In this document: positions 27,948-40,767 of the stretch, one piece after another
How the letters are laid out: each line of letters opens with the position of its first letter
Position numbering within the stretch: the first letter of the stretch is position 1
Origin: Chrysomallon squamiferum
Lineage: Eukaryota; Animalia; Mollusca
Length of the DNA: 64,000 bases
Assembly: GCA_012295275.1 (NCBI GenBank)
Contig: CM022666.1
Span: 3,596,001 to 3,660,000 of the forward strand
Direction of reading: 5' to 3'
The notes under the pieces: generated by a model
The model's input: only the letters and a program-made list of their open reading frames with translations
Told to the model about the DNA's origin: nothing
The model's database searches: none
Position numbers and translations under genes: made by a program

Positions 27948-28738
27948 ACACACATATAAATATACATTTGTACATGTTTACATACTTAGACTATACACAA
28001 ATATGCACGTACATACAAATACATAATTATATAAACTTTTGTGGATATTTAAATATGAGTGCCTGAATGTTTCTGTTTGTGTGTAGATCCTTTTTCTGTG
28101 TATCTATCTGTGTGTTTGTGTATGTATGTGTTTATGGATTTTCTTGTGTGTATCTGTGTTTCTGCGACTTTGTGTTTTTATGTATGTCTGAGTGTGTATG
28201 TGTCTGTGTTAACTTACCACTTTTCTCAGCTTTTTTGTGTGACTTTCGCTCAGTTTCTACAAAGAATAACCAACTTGAAACTAAATAAATATTTTTCAGC
28301 ACTATTAATTTCTCCTTTCATAATTCAAATATTATTTCATTTCTAAAGAATTTAACTTTTTATTATTTTTATAGAGAATTACCTTGTTTCTTAATTTCAT
28401 ATCTACAGAAAACAATATTTCTTTCCATTTAATGTATTTATGGAATATAAGTTTTTAGAACTAAATACAGAATTTACCTTTTTCATAATTTCACTTATTA
28501 CTTTTTCTCCATCTCTGTAACAGCAATACGTGATATTGTTCCTGGTTCTGGTCGTAGATTTGTCATCACAACAGTTTTCTCCTGGTTTGCACGAGATTTT
28601 CACACACAGTTCCTTGTCAAACAACAAGCTGGTTTCACTGTTCAGAAATTCGTTTAATGTTCCAGATGCAATGAAACTGATGAGTATGAAGTTTAGTACC
28701 ATAAGAGAAATGGCAAGGACTGGACGAACTGGTACCAT
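26789..28738 (-). pseudogene. TNF superfamily ligand, copy C, frameshifted in exon 2. Exons 28738-28478, 28256-28218 (39 nt), 27766-27659, 27180-26789
   Basis: All splice sites are present, but exon 2 has A6 instead of A4 (+2 nt), giving TGA 13 codons into exon 3. The THD exon is open (+1 codon, G>C). A homopolymer assembly error cannot be excluded. Confidence 0.75.
27885..27911 (-). pseudogene. Relic of TNF exon-3 start (KLKQIRDVT) inside intron 2 of copy C
   Basis: agtgacgtctctgatctgctttagttt compared with exon 3 agcgacctctctgatctgcttaagttt. Confidence 0.6.
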
Positions 28739-30049
28739 TTTGTGTAACAACTTTTATTTCCTTTAGAAGTAATCTGTAAAACAAAACCCAAAGAAAACAA
28801 AAAGTTATTAGTAATAAATAATACCAAGATAAATACACACACCCGCACACGTACACAGACACAATATACACACACTTATATAACACATTATTTCAGCAAT
28901 CCAAAAATATACACTTGTACATACACAAATATGAAACTTAAAAATTCACATACAATATACACAAGTACATATAGTTCTGTATAATATTCTTTCAAAGAAA
29001 AAAGTAAAATAAATAATATCAAGATATATTTACATTGATAATATTCCTAGGCGATGTCAAAATAAAAAATATAAAAATAAAAAAAATAGCAAAGGTTTCT
29101 CTTTTGAAAATGCGAGGCCTGATTTATCAATTTTCAGTGAATGCCTTGTAAACCACTGTGTACAAATACTCACCACTGAAATCCAATATGACAGCACAGC
29201 GATGTGTAATGAAACAGATAATCCTCCTGATGTAAAACTTGCTGTCTGATGTCACAAAATTTGTTTCCAATTGTTGGGGAGTGTAAGGAGTAGAGTTTTT
29301 CGTACGAAGTTATTTATATCACTGGAAAGAGGTAGGATTTTAAAGAAATAATTAAAAATAAATATATTGTTTTTTCTCTTAAAATAAATGTATAGGCAAA
29401 ACTTTGATTGTAGATTGTCAATCAAAGATGTAACTTTACAAGAATGAAGACAATGTAACAAAATGAAAGTAAGTGAAAAACAGTTTGAGTTAGCAAAGCG
29501 CGCAATAAATACTCAATATCGTGAAGTGCAATAAATATCCAATCAAGACGCAGTATTTTGATCACGTGACTAATGAAGGCGATGATGGCTCGTTTCCAGT
29601 ATCCTACAGCCAAACCATCTTATTTTTCCAAGAAGTTAGAAAACAGTTCGGGCTCGATAGATTTTGATGATTTAATTAAATCACTAAAATGTGTTTTTAT
29701 TGTGAAAAATTAAAAAACAAACAACAACACTCGGTGAACTCGGGTAGGGCTTAATAGCGGAAAGTTCTACGTTCAGCGGACAAATTTGACAAACCAGACC
29801 GTATCGACCTTACGGGGATTTTTTTTTTTTTTTTTTTTTTTTATTTTTTTTTCAAATTAAGATAATATCACTTAATATTATACAAATGAAATTAGGGCGT
29901 GGAAAAATCCTAAACAGCAAAATGAACTGGTACATTAAGGTGCACATTTTCGGTGTCATATCACTTAATATTACAAGTCGGTGTAATATCACTTAATATT
30001 ATATTATACACATGAAATTAGGGCGTGCATAAATCCTAAACAGCATAGT

Positions 30050-30325
30050 GAAATTATAATTTTATATAAATATATATAACCTATGAAATAAGTGAAATTA
30101 AAGTTTTATATAAATATATATAATCAATGAAATAACTGAAATTATAATTTTATTTAAATATATATATAATATAACCTATGAAATAACTGAAATTATAATT
30201 TTATATAAATATTTATAATCAATGAAATAAGTGAAATTATACTTTTATATATAAATATATAACCTATGAAATAAGTGAAATTATACTTTTATATAAATAT
30301 ATATAACCTATGAAATAAGTGAAAC
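30050..30325. repeat. ~43-bp AT-rich tandem repeat (aacctatgaaataagtgaaattata..)
   Basis: About six imperfect units are visible. Confidence 0.85.
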
Positions 30326-30335
30326 ATTTACTTAC

Positions 30336-30475
30336 CTAAATTAGGCTGACTCTGTGTTCACAATGGAGTGAAGCAAGTCTACGCTCTATGACAGGCTTCG
30401 TTGATTTTTATACCAGCGACTTTGAAAAGATCTTATCACATTCTCGACATACTCACGTGATCATTTTTGATTGGC
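30336..30475 (-). promoter_or_regulatory. Putative core promoter and first non-coding exon of TNF copy C
   Basis: On the - strand: CCAAT (30469-30475), E-box CACGTG (30454-30459), TATAAAAA (30412-30405), then an AG|GTAAGT donor at 30336/30335. A kB-like GGAAAGTTCC lies at 30790-30799. Confidence 0.55.
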
Positions 30476-30978
30476 TAAGAGGAAATGTCGTCTGCCTTAT
30501 TTAAATTTATTGCTTAATGTTTTTTCTTCTGTGGGTATTTAATTTTTCGCTATAGATTTCCTATAGTCATTCAATATACAATGAATAAAATGAGCATAGT
30601 TGGTTATTGTTATAATAGTAGTAGTAATAGTGGTAGTTGTTGTTGTAGTTGTGGTAATAATAGTAGCTGTTGTTGTTGCGGTTGCTTTTGTCGTTATTCT
30701 TAAATAAAGAGTACAGCGTAACTTCTATTCCTGTGTCAACTAAGCCATACACAACAAAAGGAAAACATGTAGTCTGTGTATCACACAGTGGAAAGTTCCA
30801 GCCCGGATTTGTCATCTTACAAGTAATCGGAATAAATAAGTGTAGTCATCCATCTATTATTACAGAGCCAGGAATATAAAATGTCTCAGAAATATCTTCC
30901 AGTGACAGAAGAATCTTCTGTTTGTAAATGTCACTTGTATCATGACTGTTGATTCGGTCTGCTTAATAAATAAATAAG

Positions 30979-31021
<43 letters not shown>

Positions 31022-31534
31022 ATGAGCGAAATAAAGTAAAATTAAATAAAAACAAAAATAAATGAAAATAATTATTTGAAATAAAACAAATAAGAATAAA
31101 AAATTGTAAAAAGTAAATTAAAATAAATAAATAAAATAAAAATAACAAATGATAAAAGTAAAGTAAAATAAATAAATACAGAAAGATATATTAATATAAA
31201 TTAATAAATTAAAACAATAAAATTAATTAAATCAAATTATAGTAAGATAAAATAAAATAAATAAAGATAGAGTAAAATAAAAATAAAAATAAACAAACAA
31301 ACAAACCATAAATAAATAAATAAATAATTAAAAAAAAAAAAAAAGAAAAGAAAAGGGAAACGATATAGTCTGTGTGTCATATGGTGGACATTTATACATA
31401 ATCGGGATAAATAACTGAAGTTATCCATTTATTACTACAGGGCCAGGAATATGAAAAGTCTCAGAAATATCTGCCTGTGACAGAAGAATCTTCCGCTTGT
31501 AAACGTTACTTGTATCATGACTGTTGATTCAGTG

Positions 31535-32157
31535 GCTGGAGAAAAAGTCACAATTTTTATATAACAAAATGTATTAATTTATAGAGTATTGAATGTGGCA
31601 TCAGAGTCTACATGGAGTAATTGTTAAGCTTACTGATTAGGTCAATTAGGTTAGATTAAAGAAAGAGGTTTCATACTGTGCAGGGGTGGTCACTTGTTAC
31701 ACTTATTAATTAGGCAGGATTAAAGAAAGAGTCTTCATAGTGTGCAGGGGTGATGCTTGGGTCCAGCTTACTGATTAGGATAGATTTAAACTAAGAGCTT
31801 CCTATTGTAAATGATTTATAAAATGTTCCATGTTAAAATATGTTTCACTGTATATTCTCCAGCTTGCTCTAGTATCAGAAGTATGTTTAATATGGAAGTT
31901 ATGCATAGCAATAAGGGTGGTATCAAAATCTGTTATGAAGGGTTCGTGTATGCTGCCGCAGAATTTCTTCGTGATATCGAGTGGAACATCAGACTAAACC
32001 ATTAACATTAAAATCAAAGAACATTAACAAAATACTCTGACAAAATGTGTTTAATCTATCTTTCATTGCTAATATATTTCATAATTAAAAATTGTGACTT
32101 TTTTTCCTGTGTCTTCTTTTCGGGATTAATTATCACCTCGGAGTGTAGGTGTAACCG
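31535..32157 (+). mobile_element. Internally deleted MULE/FLYWCH element (MITE-like)
   Basis: Inverted ends gaaaaagtcacaattttt / aaaaattgtgacttttttt. The mini-ORF MEVMHSNKGGIKICYEGFVY (FLYWCH-like start) is fused to EFLRDIEWNIRL (MULE-like C-terminus). Confidence 0.7.
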
Positions 32158-33692
32158 GCTCTGGTTTCAAGGAATGATCTGGCAACACACGTCAAACTGC
32201 AAGGTCGTGAACACGTTGAGTGCCCTTTTCATAAACAAAGAACCCAGACATTTTTATTTTATTTATTTTATTTATATTTTTTATTTTTTTTTGGTTAGGG
32301 AAGAACTGTGGAACAATTCGAGTTGAACTGTGTAACTAGCTATGTAGATGTTTGCTCTTCTGTATTAACCCGTATGTGATTGTTGTGACCGATTACAATT
32401 ATTTTATCCATCTATATTATTCTTTACTGCTATGTTGAATACATTTCACAGACAGCGAGGTCATTGTAGGTCGAGTGAACACGTGGACCGTGCATTTCGA
32501 ACAAACTACGTCGCCTAGAAGTCAGTTGTTTACAGTGAATAAAGCAGATAGTGAAATAAGATATCAGTCACATGTTTCGTGTACATTTTTTATGTACAGT
32601 TTTCAGCGACGTCATTGTAGGCCGGACTCAGAGTGAACACGTGGGCCGTGCATTTTGAATCAGCTGTATCGCTTAGATAAACAGCTTTTTATAAACACTA
32701 CTCGGGTAGTTCTACTTTTAAGTATGTGATATGAACATGGTTATATAACAGCAACATTTAACATACTGTCTATAAACTATACAAATTTTGGTTTATAAAA
32801 TAAAAATTAAATCATGTCACTGACTGGTGTATAAGTGAAAAGTGAGTTGAAAAAATATTCTGATTAATTTTACTTGATATTTAAAAAAAAAAAAGAAGAC
32901 AATGATAAATGCAGAACAAGACATTTGTACTACATTTAAAGTAACTATCCAAGTAATAAAAATTATGAACAGGTGACCAGAGGTATCTGTAGTCTTTATT
33001 TAACAACAATGAGAGCAGCAAACAATACTAATTATAATGATGATGATGTTGATGATAAATTTAATAGTAGTAGTAGCAGTAGCAGCAGCACTAATATAAA
33101 TAGTAGTAGTAGTAGAAGTAAGAATAATACTAATAATGATTCTTATACAGTAATAGTAGTAATAATGATGAAGATGAAGTGGTAATAAAGTTAATGATGA
33201 TTATGACGGTCATAATAAAATTAATAATGATGATGATGATGATAGTGATAATAAAATTAATAATCATAATATTTACGATTCTGAAATGCTTCTAAAAAGA
33301 AAATTGTTATTCTGATAAAAAAAAAATGCTTTAAATAGATTGTCTATTATGCAAATTTTACATGACATTTTAATTGTAACGTATATATAAACATTTATTA
33401 CTCTGATAATTTCAATGCATGAGTACATACTGTATAAAGAAAACCGTTTTTAGCTCGATATATCCACTTGACTTGTATTATTCATTATAAACCAATCAGT
33501 GAACTTTTAAATTTCATCAGTCAATATATATAGAAAATCAGTAATATGTAAATATTTATTCACTACATACAGCACACATTCATTTTACATAGAACATACC
33601 TAGAACACATTCAGTGTTTGTAGAACATCCACTGTACAGATTTACTGAACACAGACCATCAGTAATAAACAGACACGCACTGTCTCTCTCTC

Positions 33693-33807
<115 letters not shown>

Positions 33808-34259
33808 ATCTCAATTTTATCTTCTAAACTGAGCACAAAAAAGGGATACTAGGAAGCAAGGCTGCTTTGATCTGGAGGTTTAAAGAAAAAACTACAAAAT
33901 AGGATCTTATTTTTGTGATACTGTAGTCTAGCATAGACATTGACATGCGCAGTTTAGTCAAAGACGTGACAGAGTGGAAGTGTACAGATAAGAAATGTTA
34001 ATATGTAAAGTTATTCAATTTAGTAGGTAAAAAAACAAACATAAGTTTGGTAAACATGACTATTTGAACATCTACAAAGTCATTTTATACACGTTCATAG
34101 TATTATGTATATTTAGTTAATATTCGCACTTAACTGTTCCATGACTTTATTCAGAGCAGAGTTCAGATGGAAAACAAAAAACATCAAAAAAACCAACAAA
34201 CAGAGAAACCAAAAAATAAAACAAAACAAAACAGTACAAGCAAGTCACAACCACAACCA

Positions 34260-34317
<58 letters not shown>

Positions 34318-35963
34318 AATCTATTTTAGGAATTTTGGCTTTGTTCAGTTTGCCCTGAGTTGTTTTTACGTCAAGTACATGTGATGTACGTGCATAGACA
34401 GAAATAAACAAAGGAAAACGTATCAACTGACTATTAACTAGTCACTATTCAACAGTCTAACCCTAAATAAATTATAAAGAATGTATTCAAGAACATCAAC
34501 ATTATCTAACTTGAGATGACCTAACACTTTCCAGCTATGCACTGCAGTATATATCTACACAAGATCCACGGAGACGCAGAGCTATATAAACTGCGTTATT
34601 TCTCCCTGACAGAAAAAAACTATTTATTTTTATTCATTTATTTTTATAATCGTTTCAGTTGTTGAACGTGTTTATTTGGACTACAGATAACAGTAATCAC
34701 ATGGTTGAAGCAGGTTGTGAAATAAGAGAGTGGGACAAACACACGTTAGGTAACTCGAGAACTCGTGGGACCTGCATTCTGTATGACTAGGAAACACTTA
34801 GCAAACAGCTATTTATAAACACTGCTCAGGTAGAAACTACTTTTAAAGATAACGAGTGTACTGGGGATTTTTAAAAGTTTTCCAGTGAGCTACCTTTGTT
34901 ACTGTGCGGTTTTTTAGACAGCAAATCAAACAGTCAAGGAGGACTGCACAACTTTTAAAAGTGAATCATTATATATGTCTGTCTGTCTATATATAAGTGT
35001 GTGTGTGATTATGTAATAATAATAGTAGTAAAAGTAAAAGTGACGATGATGATAGTGATAATAAAACTTTATAATTATCATAAGATTTGTGATTCTGAAA
35101 AGCATGTAAAAAGAAAAAAGTATTTTTCTGAAGAAACAAAAAAAGATGCTTGAAACAGATTGTTTATTAACCAAATTGTACGTGAAATCGCAATGGTAAC
35201 ATATATATAAACATTCATTACTCTGACAATTTCAATGCATATACATTACGCATTCACTGTACAAAGAAAAGTCATTATGCAGGGAGTATTCATTATCACT
35301 TAACATTAATTATATTTACAACGTCCACAGATGTACATGTTTAGAACATCAACTGTATAAAACATCTTTGTACATAGAACATCTACAGCAGAAAATATAT
35401 TGTGTACAGAACATCTACCATACAAGAACATTCACTGTACACTGAACATTCACTGTACTTGATCATACAATGTACAGTGTATACAGAACATCTGTACAAG
35501 ATCATTTTTTAACATAGCACATAGACTGTAGTATATCCACTGCAGAACAACGCCTATTTTACATAGAATATCAACTGTACACAGAACTTCCATTGTACAT
35601 AGAATATCTATTGTACAAGAATATCCAGTGTACACAGAACTTCCATTGTACATAGAATATCTATTGTACAAGAATATCCATTGTATAATTGAGTAAAACC
35701 TAAAATAATAGTAAATAAAACCTGAAGCAGAGTTCATCTTTTGTGAATGATGAGGACTGTCAAAATTATCAACGATGAGGTTGACATTGAATTTTTGAAT
35801 GATGATGTTGATAGTAAAATTCTGAATAATCATGTTGACAGTAAAATTCTGAATGATGATGCTGACAGTGAAAATCTGAATGATGATATAGGATGATGGC
35901 CATGACAACCTTTGTTCTTACTTACGAGACTGTAATATTTTTAGGTTTTAAATTAATTTCTTT

Positions 35964-36116
35964 TCATGAATCTTTCATTGTCTGATCCTCGCTGGTTTCA
36001 AAAATTATTCTTAGCCTGTCAAAACCAGATCTGTTAAAAGATGAATAAGTTTAGTTCATATATATATATTTGAAAGAAATAATATCTATCTATCTACCTA
36101 TCTATCTATCTATCTA

Positions 36117-36161
<45 letters not shown>

Positions 36162-38611
36162 CATTCATTAATAATTAATAAGGATAAATAATTAAATAAT
36201 AACAACTATAAATTAAATAAAACTGTATACAAAAAATAGTCATTAATTAATTTAATAAATCAATAGTTTAACTAATAATGATAACAATAAAAGTACTATA
36301 ATGATCACATACTAACAAATAAAATATTCTTTACAACTGAAATTAAAAGAATATTAATATTCAAGAGACCATCTTAGACAGAAATAGTTTACCTTCTTAT
36401 GTAGATCCAGTAAATTAAGTAAATTATAAAAACAGTTAATTAAAATTTAAACAAATATAAGAAAACATATTACTTCTCTGAGTGTTTTTAAGAATACTGA
36501 ACACACTCAGTTATGTACAAGTATAATCTGAGTTCTCACATAAACACAACTAAGACAAATGCACTTACAGTTTTAAAATTATATTTGATAAAACTCTCTG
36601 TCATGACTTATTAAATTATTTCATTTTCTATCTATCCTCGGATACATAAATTACATGGTAAATACTCTACTCTATTAATCTTTAATAATGTATCCCTACC
36701 TGGATATATAAATTACATGGTATGTACTGTACTGGAATAATACTGTATCCTGGATGTTCAAATTACGTAATTCTGTAACGTTTGTTTCATTTCCAGATAC
36801 ATATGGAATACAAAAATAAAATACAAAAATCAACTAAAAAAGAAGTATTTAAAAAAAAAAACACCAGAACTCACAGATCAAACTTACCATATAGTGATGG
36901 AGACCCAGTCTTTTGAAACAATGCTTGGCTAGTACAAGGTCTGAAACCTCTACACAGCCATAAACACGGAGTCACACAACTACAGTGAAAACAGCATTTG
37001 GTATAAAAAATGTTTAGACTACCTTGATGAAAACTAATGATACAACAACAATGATACAATAACAATAGTTATAAATAACAACAACAATAACAATAATACT
37101 ACTACTAATAATGATACTACATTAACAACAATAGCAACAACAAGCATTTCTTGAGATAAAGACCTTGAGTATGAAAGAGTTGTCTTCCTTATCATTCTCT
37201 GATATATATATATATATATACGGAGACAGGTACACTTAACACTCACCTGAATACAGAATTTCTTTACACCTAGTCGAAGAGTTTTAGGTTTTTCAGTTTT
37301 CTCTCTAAATACGTCATCGTCACCTTCATCATCAGCTGTCAAGATAATTCATGGTTTGTATTACAGAAATACTGGGTGACTAATAGTGTATGTAAATAAA
37401 CAACAACAACAATGACAACAGCTATAATACAACTACTGCTACTACTACTACAACTACTACTAATACAAATAATAATTAATAATTAATAATAATAATAACA
37501 ATAATAATAATAATAATAATAATAATAATTAAAAATAATGATAATAATAATAATAATAGCAGTATTGGTAGTGGTAGTAGCAGTAGTTGGTGTTGTTGCA
37601 ATAATAGTGGTAGTATCTGTAATAATAATAATTAGAAAATTTATAGAAATAGTAGAAGTAATAGTAATAATAATAGTGGTGATAGTCATAATAACAACAA
37701 CAGTAGTAGTAATGTAGCAGTGGAAAGAGTAGTAACAGTATTAGTACTAGTTTTAGTAGTAACAGTATTAGTACTAGTATTAGTAGTAACATTATTAGTA
37801 TTAGTACTAGTTGTAGTAGTAACAGTATTAGTACTAGTTTTAGTAGTAACAGTATTAGTACTAGTTGTAGTAGTAACAGTATTAGTACTAGTTGTAGTAG
37901 TAACAGTATTAGTACTAGTTGTAGTAGTAACAGTATTAGTACTAGTTTTAGTAGTAACAGTATTAGTACCAGTTTTAGTAGTAACAGTATTAGTACCAGT
38001 TTTAGTAGTAACAGTATTAGTACCAGTTTTAGTAGTAACAGTATTAGTACCAGTTGTAGTAGTAACAGTATTAGTACCAGTTTTAGTAGTAACAGTATTA
38101 GTACTAGTTTTAGTAGTAACAGTATTAGTACTAGTTGTAGTAGTAACAGTATTAGTACTAGTTGTAGTAGTAACAGTATTAGTACTAGTTTTAGTAGTAA
38201 CAGTATTAGTACTAGTTTTAGTAGTAACAGTATTAGTACTAGTCTTAGTAGTAACAGTATTAGTACTAGTTTTAGTAGTAACAGTATTAGTACTAGTTGT
38301 AGTAGTAACAGTATTAGTACTAGTTGTAGTAGTAACAGTATTAGTACTAGTTTTAGTAGTAACAGTATTAGTACTAGTTTTAGTAGTAACAGTATTAGTA
38401 CTAGTCTTAGTAGTAACAGTATTAGTACTAGTTTTAGTAGTAACAGTATTAGTACTAGTCTTAGTAATAATGAGAACGATCATTTTACGTATTAAAATAA
38501 CTGATATTAAAGTTATTTAACAATATAACAAATAAAACCTAATTAATTTTATTTTAATGTTAACCTGTTATTATTAGTAGTACTTTGTAAAAATTGCTGT
38601 TGTTCTTGTTA

Positions 38612-38657
<46 letters not shown>

Positions 38658-39065
38658 GATTATTATTATTATTATCAAAAAATTAATTTACATATCTTTG
38701 ACCTACTAATCATACATAATAAATGTGTTACAGCTTCTGTAAACATTTAAATACCTTTAATTAATTACTAATAATAATATGCACTGAAGTATCCATAAAC
38801 AAATAACTAATTACCTGTTTCCTTATAATCCACATACTCAGGTACCCGTACAGGAGAAGTTTAGCGAACGAGATTGTCTTGGCCATCCGATGAGCAAACA
38901 ACAAAATATCAACCACAAACATCAAACCGAATATCACACAGAACGCTGTCACTGAATTTCCCTTCACTCTGCTTTGACGTTTTCGCTGTTTCGCAGCATG
39001 GATTATCTCCCCTTGATTTGACTTGAAGAGAGGTGAGAACAAGTGATTGTGAAAGACAATATTTA
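35964..39065 (-). pseudogene. Most complete remnant of the membrane-protein gene. Exons ~39065-38815, 37335-37247, ~37200-37145, 37022-36888, ~36410-36393 (mostly deleted), 36030-35964
   Basis: Collinear exons mostly with AG/GT ends, e.g. cag|(A)DDEGDDDVFREKTEKPKTLRLGVKKFCIQ|gtgagt and a 135-nt exon VV*TFFIPNAVFTVVV*LRVYG..LGLHHYM|gtaagt with two in-frame stops. Confidence 0.7.
37729..38468. repeat. 27-bp minisatellite (agtagtaacagtattagtactagtttt), ~27 units
   Basis: A highly homogeneous tandem array lying in an intron of the membrane-protein pseudogene. Confidence 0.95.
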
Positions 39066-40382
39066 GTTTTCAAAAGTTTTGTTATGACACAACTAAATTC
39101 CTGATATAACAAATAGATTAGAGAAACAAATCTCTGTACACATACGAACATAATATTTCAGAGAATTAGATGTATTTGTGAATATAAAACAATTGATATC
39201 AAAAAAAAATTGTTTTATGTCTGTGTGCAAAACATTGATGAAGGTGTTCCAATAGTGATCCCAACCCCCACCGATTCATTTCATGATATGACGTGAAGAA
39301 AAGATCAGGCTTTAAATGTTGTTTTTGTCTTGTTTTTATTCAAAAATTATTCTTAGCCTGACAAAACAGATGTGTTAAAGGTTGAAAATAAAATAAAGAA
39401 AAAACAAAAAAAAAGGAAAAGAAATTATTTGATGGAATAAATTTATATATATATATACATACATACATACATACACATGCATAGATATAATTATAAAATA
39501 AATACATCAACATAAATATATGAACATTGTTTATACAACACAAAACTAACAAAAATTAATTAAATCGACGTAAATCTTTATTAGAAAAATACAAATATAA
39601 TTATAAACTCATATTTGATTATTAGTATTATATCTGGTCCAATAATAAATTATGTTACCTCAGAGATAAAAGTTATTTATTGAAAGCTGATGCAAAACAC
39701 TAAAAAAAAGCGACAATAAATTATTTTATAAATAAAATAAACTGACAAAACAAAATCTATTGGGTTGCGGTTCATAACCGATTCAAATTTATTGCAGAGG
39801 AATCGAAAAACTTGTTGACCGTTGAAAAGACGTGATAAATAACAACGGAGAATATATTATTGATTAAAAAACATCTTGTTATCAATTAAGCTTGAAGTAA
39901 CTCTTCTATGTAATGATTAAATTTAATTTAACCACAATGACTTATTCCTCAACTCAATATTTATTGTTATAAAAATAAATAAATAATCTTAAGAATCACA
40001 CACACACACACACACACACACAGTCACACACATCTTAAACATATAGTGTTATGATTGCATTCGTTGTATTGCAAATGCCGTTCTTAACCTAGTTATTGCG
40101 TTGTTAGGAAACCGACTAGTATTTCATTTTCTTTTTTGAAAGTAAAGATATTTATTTATAGCAATAATAATGCATTAATAAGAATAAAAACAGTATGTAA
40201 TTAATATTGTGAAACTGAATTTATAATAGTATTAACAGTCTATTGTAATACTGAAATTTTGCATTGATAATAATAATAGCACACTATTAGCAATACTGTA
40301 ATATTTCATTAGTATTAATACATTTTTATTCAAAATACTGGCAAGAATTCAATTAGAGTATCAAAAATGTTTTAAATAATAA

Positions 40383-40420
<38 letters not shown>

Positions 40421-40767
40421 AACATGATAATAAGTAAAGTAATAAAGAAATAGTAATAACAAAACTAATTTACAATAATTCAAAACAATAGTATCACAGC
40501 CATTTTCTTTTGTTTTATAATTCCACTGAGGACTATAAAGGCTGATCCAATTACAAACAACTGACCACAATAATAACAATAATAATAATAAGAATAATAA
40601 TCATAATAATCAAAATGCCCCCACACAAGATTTATAAAGGAAGATGACAAAATACCTTATATAAACGTTTCATGATAAAGTTGTAATAAAATATTAGTAC
40701 TGTCTTTCTATGACAGCTCAAACAAATTATACATTAACAGTTATAATTGATGCCTCTCGAAACGATT

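Noticed and set aside
37686-38520. 265/266-aa Thr-rich and Val/Leu-rich ORFs
   Set aside because: Reading frames of a stop-free 27-bp minisatellite.
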